From a virus (Duplodnaviria; Caudoviricetes), in IMG/VR virus record IMGVR_UViG_3300020420_000671: DNA of 64,000 nt; one strand, 5' to 3'. Both the position numbers and the translations under genes were made by a program. The notes under the pieces were generated by a model. That model was not told where the DNA came from and made no database searches. It saw only the letters and a program-made list of their open reading frames with translations. This document shows positions 47,214 to 56,661 of this stretch, piece by piece. Within the stretch, counting starts at the first letter, position 1. Each line of letters opens with the position of its first letter.

Positions 47214-47869
47214 TATACATTCAAGGCCATGAGGATAGTGAAAAGTTTTCTGACCGATGTGTACAAAGTATAATCGATACTGAATCAGAACTTGATATAA
47301 TAAAATTTCCTGCTATCACTCCGGAAAACATGTGGAAAGTGAATTACACTTGGCCACTACGTAAAAAACGTTTATGTGAAAAAACAAACTTATTGCTTTC
47401 TGCCTATAAAACATACGACAACAACAAACGAATTGCCGCCGCTCAAAGCCATTACATGCTTTGGCGTAAATGTGTTACGCTTGATAAACCAATATTAATA
47501 TTAGAACATGATGCTATCTTTATAAAGAAATTTGACATGAAGATATTGGACTGGTGGCCTGGTGAAGGTGCCGTCAGTATTAACAATCCTATAGGGGCAA
47601 CCTTTGGATCAAAAGAGTATGATGCTAAATTAGATAACGGTATTAACGAAGTTCCTTGGTTGGTTGACAAAAACATACCACAAGGTCTACCTGGTAATAG
47701 TGCCTATGTACTTTATCCAGATGCGGCAAAGGAACTAATTAGATTACAGGAAGAAATAGGTTGGTGGCCTAATGACGCTATTATGTGTAAGCAACTTTGT
47801 CCGTGGATTAGATGTTATAAGCCTTACATAACTAAATGCCAAGGTATCAAATCAACAACCAGTAAGTAA
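47198..47869 (+). CDS. GT25-family glycosyltransferase
   Basis: FVIYI, AAAQSHYMLW, ILEHDA, PGNSAYVLYP..AKELI, WPND. Confidence 0.7.
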   Translation: MEAFVIYIQGHEDSEKFSDRCVQSIIDTESELDIIKFPAITPENMWKVNYTWPLRKKRLCEKTNLLLSAYKTYDNNKRIAAAQSHYMLWRKCVTLDKPILILEHDAIFIKKFDMKILDWWPGEGAVSINNPIGATFGSKEYDAKLDNGINEVPWLVDKNIPQGLPGNSAYVLYPDAAKELIRLQEEIGWWPNDAIMCKQLCPWIRCYKPYITKCQGIKSTTSK

Positions 47870-47876
47870 AAGCAAA

Positions 47877-47884
47877 TATAAGTA
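47877..47884 (+). promoter_or_regulatory. putative late promoter variant TATAAGTA
   Basis: 5 nt before ATG 47890, no SD, same geometry as other late boxes. Confidence 0.45.
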
Positions 47885-47889
47885 TAGTT

Positions 47890-48654
47890 ATGAAGATAGT
47901 CTTAGTAACTGGAGGTTTCGATCCTCTACATTCGGGCCATATTGAATACTTTACTGAGGCAAAGAAGCTTGGAGATGTTTTGGTTGTAGGTATTAATTCA
48001 GATGAATGGTTGACACGTAAAAAAGGAAGACCATTTATGCCTTTCAAAGAAAGATTAAAAATTATTGATTCACTATCAATGGTGGATGATGTATTGTCAT
48101 TTGAAGATGCTGACGATACTGCCAATCAAGCTATTTTTAAATTAATGTGTACAACCGGTAGTGGACATGATATTGTATTTGCTAATGGCGGTGATAGGAA
48201 AGAAGGATCTGTGCCTGAGGAAAACATATATGATGACAAAATAGAATTTGTTTATGGAGTAGGAGGTGAAAACAAGATCAATTCAAGTAGTTGGATACTA
48301 GATGAATGGAAAACGCAAAAAACTGAAAGAGATTGGGGTTATTGGAGAGTGTTGGATGATAAACCATCCAAAGGATATAAAGTAAAAGAACTTGTAATAT
48401 ACCCAGGAAAGTCTTTAAGCGATCAGAAACATTTTAAAAGATCTGAATTATGGACTGTGCTAGAAGGTACGGTAAATATGACAACTGAATGGCAAGAAAG
48501 AAGGTCTGATGTTAAATTACAGCCAGGCGGTTTACAATATGAAATAGGCAAAGAAGTATGGCATAAAGCAACAAACAGCGGAGATGTCAATGCCCATGTG
48601 CTTGAAGTTCAACGTGGTACATGCGTTGAAGAAGACATAGAAAGAAGGGACTAA
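47890..48654 (+). CDS. cytidylyltransferase-like (HxGH) domain fused to cupin domain
   Basis: VTGGFDPLHSGH, GINSD.WL..KKG, FANGGDR, SSSWIL; then ERDWGYW, LSDQKH..RSE.W. Confidence 0.8.
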   Translation: MKIVLVTGGFDPLHSGHIEYFTEAKKLGDVLVVGINSDEWLTRKKGRPFMPFKERLKIIDSLSMVDDVLSFEDADDTANQAIFKLMCTTGSGHDIVFANGGDRKEGSVPEENIYDDKIEFVYGVGGENKINSSSWILDEWKTQKTERDWGYWRVLDDKPSKGYKVKELVIYPGKSLSDQKHFKRSELWTVLEGTVNMTTEWQERRSDVKLQPGGLQYEIGKEVWHKATNSGDVNAHVLEVQRGTCVEEDIERRD

Positions 48655-49340
48655 TGAAAGTATTTGTAGGTTACGATACAAGAGAAGACATAGCTTACCA
48701 AGTTTGTAAGCACAGCATTATTGCTAGGAATAAGGACATTGATGTACGTCCACTTAAACAACAAGAGCTAAGAGACACAGGGTGGTATACACGCCCTATT
48801 GATAAACTAGCATCAACAGAATTTACTTTTACAAGATTTTTAATACCAGAGCTTACTAATTATGAAGGTTGGGCTGTGTTTATGGACAGTGATATGATCC
48901 TTACAACTGATATCAAAGAATTGTTTGATCAGGCAGATGATCAATACGCAGTAATGTGTGTTCAGCACGATTACAAGGTAACAGAAAGCACAAAGATGGA
49001 TGGACAAAAACAAACTATCTATCCAAGAAAGAATTGGTCAAGCATGGTTCTATGGAACTGTGGACATCCTAGTAACAAGACAGTCACAAAAGATTTTGTA
49101 AACAATCCTGAAATTACAGGAGCCTACCTACACAGGTTTAGTTGGTTGAAAGATGAAGAAATTGGCAGTTTGGATCATACTTGGAACTACTTGATGGGAG
49201 TGTATAACGATATAGAAAAACCAAAATTAATACACTACACGGAAGGTGGCCCTTGGTTTGAAAATTACAGATATTGTGATTATCACCAGTTATGGAAAAA
49301 TGAATTACACAATATGATGCATGGAGCAAAAGATGAGTGA
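48654..49340 (+). CDS. GT8-like glycosyltransferase
   Basis: VFVGYD.REDIAYQVC.HSI, STEFTFTRF, FMDSD, YPRKNWSS, IHYTEGGPWF. Confidence 0.75.
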   Translation: MKVFVGYDTREDIAYQVCKHSIIARNKDIDVRPLKQQELRDTGWYTRPIDKLASTEFTFTRFLIPELTNYEGWAVFMDSDMILTTDIKELFDQADDQYAVMCVQHDYKVTESTKMDGQKQTIYPRKNWSSMVLWNCGHPSNKTVTKDFVNNPEITGAYLHRFSWLKDEEIGSLDHTWNYLMGVYNDIEKPKLIHYTEGGPWFENYRYCDYHQLWKNELHNMMHGAKDE

Positions 49341-50199
49341 TACTGTTCCTCCTAAAATGTTAATGATAGACGGGGAGGATGAAATACTAAAACATTGGAG
49401 ACAAGGAACCGATGCGTTAGTAATTGACCGAAAACAAATATCAAGTAAAATTAAAGACAGTCCTTGGCCTATAGACATTCCTGTTTCTTTTAGAAGCATG
49501 ACTAAACGTAAAGAAATATGGAAATGTTGGGAAACTGGCAGGCCTTTTTATTATATAGATAACGGTTACATGGGTAACCTAGATAAGAAGAAACGTTGGT
49601 ATAGAGTAGTAAAAAATAATATTCAGCATACAAAAGTTCCGTTGTTCATGGGTACAGAAACTAAATGGCCAATTGATAGATATCAAGAAATTTGTAGGAT
49701 AGCACCATATATGCACTACATGGGGCAAAAATCTAACAAACAACAAAACGGTTCTATATTGTTAGTTACTCCATCTGAAAAACCTTGTGCGTTTTATAAT
49801 ATTACGAGAGACGATTGGGTTAGAGATACAATAGCAGAACTTAAAAAACACACCGATAGACCAATTGTAATTAGAGACAAAGGTTTGCGTCCAGACAGAA
49901 TTAAAAATGGAAGTGTAGCTTCACAATGCCACAGAGAAAGAATACATAGTGTTGTTACATATCAAAGCATGGCGGCATTAGAAGCAATCCATTACGGCAT
50001 ACCAGCTTTTACAATGGCTCCATGTTGTGTACAAAGCGTTGCCAATACGGATCTGTCAAAAATAGAAAACCCAGTTTATCCAGATCCAAATAAATTTTTA
50101 AACTTATTGGCTTATCTTTCCTATTGTCAATTTACGCTAGAAGAATTTTCGTCCGGTTTAGCTATTAGAATGATAGAGGAGTTTAAGCTGTATGACTGA
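49321..50199 (+). CDS. KpsC/KpsS-like GT-B transferase-like protein B
   Basis: YIDNGYMG, VVTYQSMAALEAIHYGIP, YLSYCQFT.EE. Confidence 0.5.
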   Translation: MEQKMSDTVPPKMLMIDGEDEILKHWRQGTDALVIDRKQISSKIKDSPWPIDIPVSFRSMTKRKEIWKCWETGRPFYYIDNGYMGNLDKKKRWYRVVKNNIQHTKVPLFMGTETKWPIDRYQEICRIAPYMHYMGQKSNKQQNGSILLVTPSEKPCAFYNITRDDWVRDTIAELKKHTDRPIVIRDKGLRPDRIKNGSVASQCHRERIHSVVTYQSMAALEAIHYGIPAFTMAPCCVQSVANTDLSKIENPVYPDPNKFLNLLAYLSYCQFTLEEFSSGLAIRMIEEFKLYD

Positions 50200-51133
50200 T
50201 ATAATGAGAGTTTGTGCTTACTTGAAAGCTATTCCTCCAGGAAATAAAAATCCAGAAAAACCAAAACTGCTTGAATATTTTGTAGAAGGAGTAAACAAGT
50301 CAGGTGACAAGTCAATGTTAATAAATTCATATCAACATGAACCAGCGGATGTTGCTGTATTACAAGGTTATGTACATCCAGGAAGCAAACATGTTCCTCA
50401 TCTAAACTTAAGACGTGATGTGCTAGACAAACAAAAATCCATAGGTGGTAGAACAATCATAGCTGATGCTAATTTATTCTTAGCTTACGATCCTGGAAAC
50501 AAAAACACTTACTTGAGATATAGTTATGATGGTATATTTCCAAATACAGGAGAATACTGTGACTCTAAAGTTGACCCACAACGTTGGGCTAGAATGAGAG
50601 ACATATTAGGCTTATCTCTTAAACCTTGGAAGAAACACGGAGATTATATTTTAATCACATGTCAGAGAGACGGTGGCTGGAGCATGAATGGCCAATCAGT
50701 CATAGAATGGTTACACTTATTATTAATGAAACTTAAAAATTTAACTGATAGAGTAATAATGGTGAGGTTTCATCCAGGAGACAAAAAGATTTCAAAACAC
50801 ATGATGCAACTACAAGCTATAGGACACAAGGTACGTTTTAGTTCTCCTAGTGTAAGTTTGCTTAAAGAACTAAATGATGCTTACTGTGTTATAAGTCATA
50901 ACAGTAGTCCTGGAGTTGTATCTGCTATAGAAGGTGTTCCTATATTTTTATTGGATCCTGAAAGAAGCCAAGCGAAAGAAGTAGCAAATGTTAATCTATC
51001 AAGCATAGAAAATCCTAATTATGATTTTGATAGAGAATCATGGCTTAGAAGAGTAGCAATGAGTCATTGGAGACTAGATGAAATTAGATCAGGTGAATGT
51101 TGGAGGCATATGAAGCAATGGGCGAAACAGTAG
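50192..51133 (+). CDS. KpsC/KpsS-like GT-B transferase-like protein C
   Basis: ILITCQ, VRFHP (HP motif), ISHNSS..VVSAIEGVP, W..RVAMSHW..DEI. Confidence 0.55.
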   Translation: MTDIMRVCAYLKAIPPGNKNPEKPKLLEYFVEGVNKSGDKSMLINSYQHEPADVAVLQGYVHPGSKHVPHLNLRRDVLDKQKSIGGRTIIADANLFLAYDPGNKNTYLRYSYDGIFPNTGEYCDSKVDPQRWARMRDILGLSLKPWKKHGDYILITCQRDGGWSMNGQSVIEWLHLLLMKLKNLTDRVIMVRFHPGDKKISKHMMQLQAIGHKVRFSSPSVSLLKELNDAYCVISHNSSPGVVSAIEGVPIFLLDPERSQAKEVANVNLSSIENPNYDFDRESWLRRVAMSHWRLDEIRSGECWRHMKQWAKQ

Positions 51134-51975
51134 ATATCAAAGTAGTAACAACATTTCATAAAGAAGGTTACGAGTTATATGGTAAAAGATTTTTAGAATC
51201 GTTTGCTAAAAATGTTGACAAAAGGATAAAGATGTTTTGTTTTACAGAAAATTGTAATCCTGAAAATCCTGATCCTAATCAAATTACTATTGAAAGCCAA
51301 GAGTTTGTGCTTCCTAAACTAATGTCATTCAAAAGAAGGTGGAGGAACGAGCCAAAGGCAAACGGCATACCACCTGATGATATAAAAGCAAGACGTCCAA
51401 GAGATCATCACAAAAAGTTCAAGTGGGACGCAATTAGATTTGCCAATAAAGTGTATTCAGTATTTGCGGCTTGTGAAAGAAGCACTGATTGGTGTGTATG
51501 GATGGACGCAGATAGTTACATACATACTCCGTGGAGTTATGAACAGTTTAAATCATTACTGCCAGATGATAAATGGATCACATACGTAGGAAGAGGTAAG
51601 GGATCACAAACCTGGCCTGAGTGTGGATTCTATGGATTGAATCTTAAGGATGTTATATGTCAGGACTTCTTAAAAGAATTTGAAAGAGTGTATGAAGAAG
51701 CAGAAGATGGAATTTTCAAATTAGAAGAATGGCATGATAGTTTTGTGTTTGGAAATATTTTAAATTCAATGAAGGATTACTATCCTGAAGTTTTAGACTA
51801 CAGTAAAGACATTTACGTCAACACAGCAAAGACAGGAGGTGGAGGTCATCCACTTATTAATTCAGTGCTTGGCAATTGGATCGATCACATGAAAGGTGAT
51901 AGAAAGAATGTTGGACATAGTTTACAAAAAGACTTAATGAAATCCAGGGATGAAAAATATTGGAATGAAATTTAG
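51097..51975 (+). CDS. GT-A glycosyltransferase-like protein
   Basis: VVTTF, RFANKVY, WMDADS (DxD), ECGF, WHDSFVF, DHMKG. Confidence 0.55.
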   Translation: MLEAYEAMGETVDIKVVTTFHKEGYELYGKRFLESFAKNVDKRIKMFCFTENCNPENPDPNQITIESQEFVLPKLMSFKRRWRNEPKANGIPPDDIKARRPRDHHKKFKWDAIRFANKVYSVFAACERSTDWCVWMDADSYIHTPWSYEQFKSLLPDDKWITYVGRGKGSQTWPECGFYGLNLKDVICQDFLKEFERVYEEAEDGIFKLEEWHDSFVFGNILNSMKDYYPEVLDYSKDIYVNTAKTGGGGHPLINSVLGNWIDHMKGDRKNVGHSLQKDLMKSRDEKYWNEI

Positions 51976-52816
51976 TTTATGGACAGATAACGGTGCACTT
52001 AATTCTAAACCTATTTTTACTGCCTTTGCTACTAGCCTTCACAATAACGGCCACTCTGTTCTGTATAATGATATGGCTGGGGATATCCATGTTATTTGGA
52101 GTGTATTATGGTATGGTCGTATGGCTCCAAACAAAACTGTATGGGACGAAGCACAACGACAAGGAAAGCCAGTAATAGTATTAGAAGTAGGTGGTATCAA
52201 AAGAGGTACTACTTGGAAAGTTGGACTCAATGGTATTAATAGAGAAGCAAACTTTGGTCCAATGGGCAATGATGACTCTCGCGTTCGTAAGTTAGGACTT
52301 ACGTTAAAACCTTGGAAATTTAATAATGAGTATGGTGATATAATCATAGCATGTCAACACGCACACAGCCATCAATGGAGAAATCAAAAATCCGTACAAA
52401 CATGGGTGTTTGATTCTATTGACTTACTTCGACAACATACCAATAGAAAAATTATAGTAAGACCACATCCAAGAAGTCCTATTCCTGGCATTCAAAACGA
52501 ATTTAAAAATGTTATATTACAAGTTCCCTCTCAGATTCCACAAACGTATGATGACTTTGACTTTGATCCTAGTAACGCTTATGCGGTAGTAAACTGGTCA
52601 AGTAATCCTGCTACGCAGGCCGTGATTCAAGGAATACCTGTTTTTGTAGGTCCAGATAGTTTAGCATTTGATGTAGGTTGTACAAATCTTGCTAGTATCA
52701 ATGGTCCTGTAATGCCAGACAGAACACAATGGTTGAATGATATTGCTTATACTGAATGGACTTTGGAAGAAATTGAGCAAGGAATTCCTTTAAAACGCTT
52801 GACATCTAGCTTATAA
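51950..52816 (+). CDS. KpsC/KpsS-like GT-B transferase-like protein D
   Basis: VLEVG, IIIACQ, VRPHP (HP motif), VNWSSNPATQAVIQGIP, WLNDIAYTEWT.EEI. Confidence 0.55.
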   Translation: MKNIGMKFSLWTDNGALNSKPIFTAFATSLHNNGHSVLYNDMAGDIHVIWSVLWYGRMAPNKTVWDEAQRQGKPVIVLEVGGIKRGTTWKVGLNGINREANFGPMGNDDSRVRKLGLTLKPWKFNNEYGDIIIACQHAHSHQWRNQKSVQTWVFDSIDLLRQHTNRKIIVRPHPRSPIPGIQNEFKNVILQVPSQIPQTYDDFDFDPSNAYAVVNWSSNPATQAVIQGIPVFVGPDSLAFDVGCTNLASINGPVMPDRTQWLNDIAYTEWTLEEIEQGIPLKRLTSSL

Positions 52817-52827
52817 TCAAGTATAAT
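52799..52827 (+). promoter_or_regulatory. perfect sigma70 consensus promoter TTGACA-17-TATAAT
   Basis: Read directly; heads the uvsW-petB-kdsAB gene run. Confidence 0.88.
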
Positions 52828-52833
52828 ACAGAC

Positions 52834-54075
52834 ATGAAACAAGAAAATTGTGAAGGTCTATTATCTCTTCTAACAGGTATCACTATACCAAGGCCTGTCA
52901 TGCTGAAGGTATTGGACAACGGATATACGTTATTAGATGCGGATGCTAAAATACTTAAAAGCATAGCAAAGCAACTTTCAAAAGGAATTCCTTTAACTAA
53001 CAGACAGCATAGTTTAGTATTAGATAAACTAGAAAACTATAGAGATCAATTTATTAAAAAAGGAATTGACATTGATTTATATAAAGATAAATTGATGTAT
53101 CCATATAGGCAAATAGACAGATCACATACTTTAAAATTAGATAATGATAAATTAAAAATTAGATTTCCATTTAATAAAAAAATTATTGATAGGATAGAAG
53201 AAGTAAGACGTGTAGATAATCGTAGTCATGAATATAGTGAAAATACACATACTTTTAAATATACACCACAAACTTTAATGAAGTTAGTTGAGATAGCAAA
53301 AAAGTTTGATCACAAATTTGAGATAGATGAAAATGTTGAAGACATATATCAACAATGTTTAAAGTTTGAGGCAACTAAAGAGGAATATGTACCTGGTGTA
53401 TACAATTACAAAGTAAAAAATGTACCTGCCATAGTGAAAGACATGTTATTAGATGAAATAGGAGAGTGTAACAGAGATACTCTTCCGCTGTATTATGACC
53501 GTAGAGAACTTTTTGGATTGAAACATTTTGATATGGCAAAAATATCACAAAGCTATGCTAGATTATCTGTATTGACAAATAAAATAATACAACGTAAAGA
53601 TCCAACTATAGTATTACAAACAAAAACGCATACAATCGATCAGTTGGTACAATCACTTATGGAACTGAATAGGTTACCTATATTAATTGTGTTAGATGAT
53701 AAAAAAGCATTAGATCAATTGACTGTTTGTCATAATCATTTTAAAAACGTTATACATAGTTCTGAAATATCAGTTTGTTTTAGAAAACCAAATAATGAAG
53801 ATAGAGATCCTTTCAACGAAATGGTAAGTGAAAAAGGCATCAATAATCCGGTTGACAAAAATTCAAAAATAGTGTATATTAATAATAGTAAACTGCCTAA
53901 GCCGTTGTTACAGAAAGATTTTTCTCCTAGAGCTATTGTTAGTTTAGGAGGCCACATAATTGGCTTTAACAATGTAACAAACTTTATACAACAGTTTGAT
54001 CTTCAAATAGTATATGAAGATAACAGCTCATCAGTTTACTGGAACAAAAGATTAAGGAAGATAGTAAATGCCTAG
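52834..54075 (+). CDS. hypothetical protein preceding UvsW
   Basis: 413-aa ORF directly after sigma70 promoter, overlapping uvsW start. Confidence 0.65.
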   Translation: MKQENCEGLLSLLTGITIPRPVMLKVLDNGYTLLDADAKILKSIAKQLSKGIPLTNRQHSLVLDKLENYRDQFIKKGIDIDLYKDKLMYPYRQIDRSHTLKLDNDKLKIRFPFNKKIIDRIEEVRRVDNRSHEYSENTHTFKYTPQTLMKLVEIAKKFDHKFEIDENVEDIYQQCLKFEATKEEYVPGVYNYKVKNVPAIVKDMLLDEIGECNRDTLPLYYDRRELFGLKHFDMAKISQSYARLSVLTNKIIQRKDPTIVLQTKTHTIDQLVQSLMELNRLPILIVLDDKKALDQLTVCHNHFKNVIHSSEISVCFRKPNNEDRDPFNEMVSEKGINNPVDKNSKIVYINNSKLPKPLLQKDFSPRAIVSLGGHIIGFNNVTNFIQQFDLQIVYEDNSSSVYWNKRLRKIVNA

Positions 54076-55525
54076 TTGTAGGTTAATTATACAAGATGAA
54101 GTTAACATCAAAATAGATGGACTGCCTGTTGATGTAAGAAGAAAGATATCAAACGCACTAAAGTTTGAAGTGCCATATGCTAGATATATGCCACAATATA
54201 AACTAGGACGTTGGGACGGAAAAGTTGGCTTCTTTGGTCTTGGTGGTTCTGGTTACGTTAATCATCTTGATACAATCAATAGTGTTCTCCATAAATGTGG
54301 AGTACAAATAGATGAGATAGAAGATCAAAGACAAAAAATAAAATTAGATTTTCAAGCTATAAATGAAAACTTTTGGGCACATAAAACTTGGCCGAAAGGA
54401 CATCCTGCTGAAGGAGAAAAAATTATATTAAGAGATTATCAATTAGAAGTTGTTAATAACTTCTTAGCAAATCCGCAGTCGTTACAAGAAGTTGCCACAG
54501 GAGCAGGGAAAACAATTATTACTGCTACGTTAAGTAAACTCACAGAAGATTATGGACGCAGTCTTGTGATTGTTCCTAATAAATCCTTAGTAACACAAAC
54601 AGAAGAAGATTATGTAAACTGTGGATTAGATGTTGGTGTATACTTTGGGGATAGAAAAGAGCTTGGTAAAACACACACAATCTGTACTTGGCAAAGTCTA
54701 AACATATTAGATAAGAAAACTAAAGATGGTGAAGCAGTATTAACATTAGCAGAGTTTTTGGAAGGTGTATCAACAGTTATAGTAGATGAAGTACATCAAG
54801 CAAAGGCAGAAGTTTTAAAAAACTTATTGACACGCAACTTAAGAAATGCTCCAATACGTTGGGGACTTACTGGTACAATACCAAAAGAGAAATTTGAGTT
54901 TGAAGCTATACACGCAGGCCTTGGTCCCGTCATAGGACAGATAAGTGCTAAAGAATTACAAGACAAAGGTGTGCTGAGTGAATGTCACGTGAACATTGTA
55001 CAATTGATTGACACTCCGGTACATTCTAACTATCAAGAAGAATTAAAATATCTTGTGACAAATGATCCAAGAATAGATTACTTAGGCAAATTACTTAATA
55101 AAATCAAAGCATCAGGCAATACATTAATACTTGTTGACAGAATATCAGCAGGAGAAAAATTACAAAAATCCATACCCGGTTCACAGTTTGTGAAAGGCGA
55201 TGTAAAATTAAAAGACAGAAAGGAAGCATATGATGAAATCAATGAAGGTACTAATCATGTTGTTATTGCGACATATGGTGTGGCCGCCGTTGGTATTAAC
55301 ATTCCTCGTATTTTTAATCTTGTTCTCATTGAACCTGGAAAGAGCTTTGTGAGAGTAATACAATCAATAGGCAGAGGCGTAAGAAAGGCGAAAGATAAAG
55401 ACTTCGTACAGATATGGGATCTTACATCAACTTGTAAGTTCGCGAAGCGGCACCTTACTCAAAGAAAAAAGTTTTATAAGGAGGCGCAGTACCCATTTAC
55501 AATAGAAAAAGTAGAATGGAACTAG
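54068..55525 (+). CDS. uvsW: SF2 DNA helicase
   Basis: LRDYQ, VATGAGKT, VDEVH, GLTGT, GINIP, QSIGRGVR. Confidence 0.88.
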   Translation: MPSCRLIIQDEVNIKIDGLPVDVRRKISNALKFEVPYARYMPQYKLGRWDGKVGFFGLGGSGYVNHLDTINSVLHKCGVQIDEIEDQRQKIKLDFQAINENFWAHKTWPKGHPAEGEKIILRDYQLEVVNNFLANPQSLQEVATGAGKTIITATLSKLTEDYGRSLVIVPNKSLVTQTEEDYVNCGLDVGVYFGDRKELGKTHTICTWQSLNILDKKTKDGEAVLTLAEFLEGVSTVIVDEVHQAKAEVLKNLLTRNLRNAPIRWGLTGTIPKEKFEFEAIHAGLGPVIGQISAKELQDKGVLSECHVNIVQLIDTPVHSNYQEELKYLVTNDPRIDYLGKLLNKIKASGNTLILVDRISAGEKLQKSIPGSQFVKGDVKLKDRKEAYDEINEGTNHVVIATYGVAAVGINIPRIFNLVLIEPGKSFVRVIQSIGRGVRKAKDKDFVQIWDLTSTCKFAKRHLTQRKKFYKEAQYPFTIEKVEWN

Positions 55526-55526
55526 A

Positions 55527-56033
55527 ATGAAAATACTTACGTTAGAAAATAAACCTCTAGATCTAAACACGCTACCGGATCAAATAGAAGAGGATATAAG
55601 ATTTAGTATATTAGATAATTCAGATTCAAACAATCCTGATTTCTTTTATGTGCCTTTAATCTTTTTGGAATCTTTTAGTTCACCTAGTTGTGTTTTAGAT
55701 ATAGGAGGTTTTGAAGTCCAAATGCCTATAGATTGGCATATAGCAGTTGGATGTCCGGATAGCGGAAATGATATAGAAATATTGCCATTGACCAGCATAG
55801 GAGATAGAGGATTTGAAGCGTTCATTTTCAATCCACTGACCAGCTTCAAACCAGACTTTACTCCTGTAAAGGTAATTAATTATTATAATGATGTTAAATG
55901 GTACTTTCCAAAAGTAAGAAACGCACAACTTTTAAGTATACCAGTTGAAGAAAAAAATGAACCAATGTGTGCTTTCTTTATTAAGGACATTACTAGACAA
56001 ACAGAAGTTATCAAATACGGAGAATTGTTTTAA
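55527..56033 (+). CDS. hypothetical all-beta protein
   Basis: Coupled ORF after uvsW. Confidence 0.65.
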   Translation: MKILTLENKPLDLNTLPDQIEEDIRFSILDNSDSNNPDFFYVPLIFLESFSSPSCVLDIGGFEVQMPIDWHIAVGCPDSGNDIEILPLTSIGDRGFEAFIFNPLTSFKPDFTPVKVINYYNDVKWYFPKVRNAQLLSIPVEEKNEPMCAFFIKDITRQTEVIKYGELF

Positions 56034-56389
56034 TGAAAGCAGGAAAAATTTGGGGACAGACAGAGCTGATACACGCTAATGGTGTTTTAGAATTCCATAG
56101 AATAGAATTTAAGAAAGGTTTCAAGTGTTCTGAGCACGAACACAAATTCAAATGGAACGGTTTCTTTGTTGAGTCTGGCAAGATGATTGTCAGAGTTTGG
56201 CAAGATGATCAAGAAGGTTTGGTTGATGAAACTATTTTAAACGCAGGAGATTTTACACAAGTCAAACCCGGAAAGATACATCAGTTTGAAGGCATTGAAG
56301 ATGGTGTAGCTTTTGAACTATACTGGGCCGAATTCAATCATGATGATATCGTAAGACGCACAGTTGGAACCAAGGTCAAAAATGGATGA
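56033..56389 (+). CDS. cupin-domain protein
   Basis: GKIWG, CSEHEH..KWNGFFVESG, HQFEG. Confidence 0.7.
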   Translation: MKAGKIWGQTELIHANGVLEFHRIEFKKGFKCSEHEHKFKWNGFFVESGKMIVRVWQDDQEGLVDETILNAGDFTQVKPGKIHQFEGIEDGVAFELYWAEFNHDDIVRRTVGTKVKNG

Positions 56390-56646
56390 CCAAACTTATA
56401 CCAGGACAAGCTCTAATATACGAAAGAGCCAATGGTGTAACGTATGCTCGATATAGAGATCCTCCTCACAACATGATTGAACGATGGATCGTCGGCGGCG
56501 AACCTAAAGCAGTAGCAGAAGCAATGGGTATCATTGATTATGATGAATGGAAAGATATAATGATGACATCTGAAAAAAATGCTACCCTTAGAAAACTTAT
56601 TGACAAAGTAAGAACCACATACTACATTTTAAAAGAACCAAAATAA
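56386..56646 (+). CDS. hypothetical protein
   Basis: Coupled ORF; IYERANGVTYAR. Confidence 0.6.
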   Translation: MTKLIPGQALIYERANGVTYARYRDPPHNMIERWIVGGEPKAVAEAMGIIDYDEWKDIMMTSEKNATLRKLIDKVRTTYYILKEPK

Positions 56647-56661
56647 AACAGAAGGAAGAGT

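Noticed and set aside
33167-55525. Inteins or introns in terminase, UvsX or UvsW
   Set aside because: Lengths are ordinary and motifs are contiguous; no C/S...HN splice motifs
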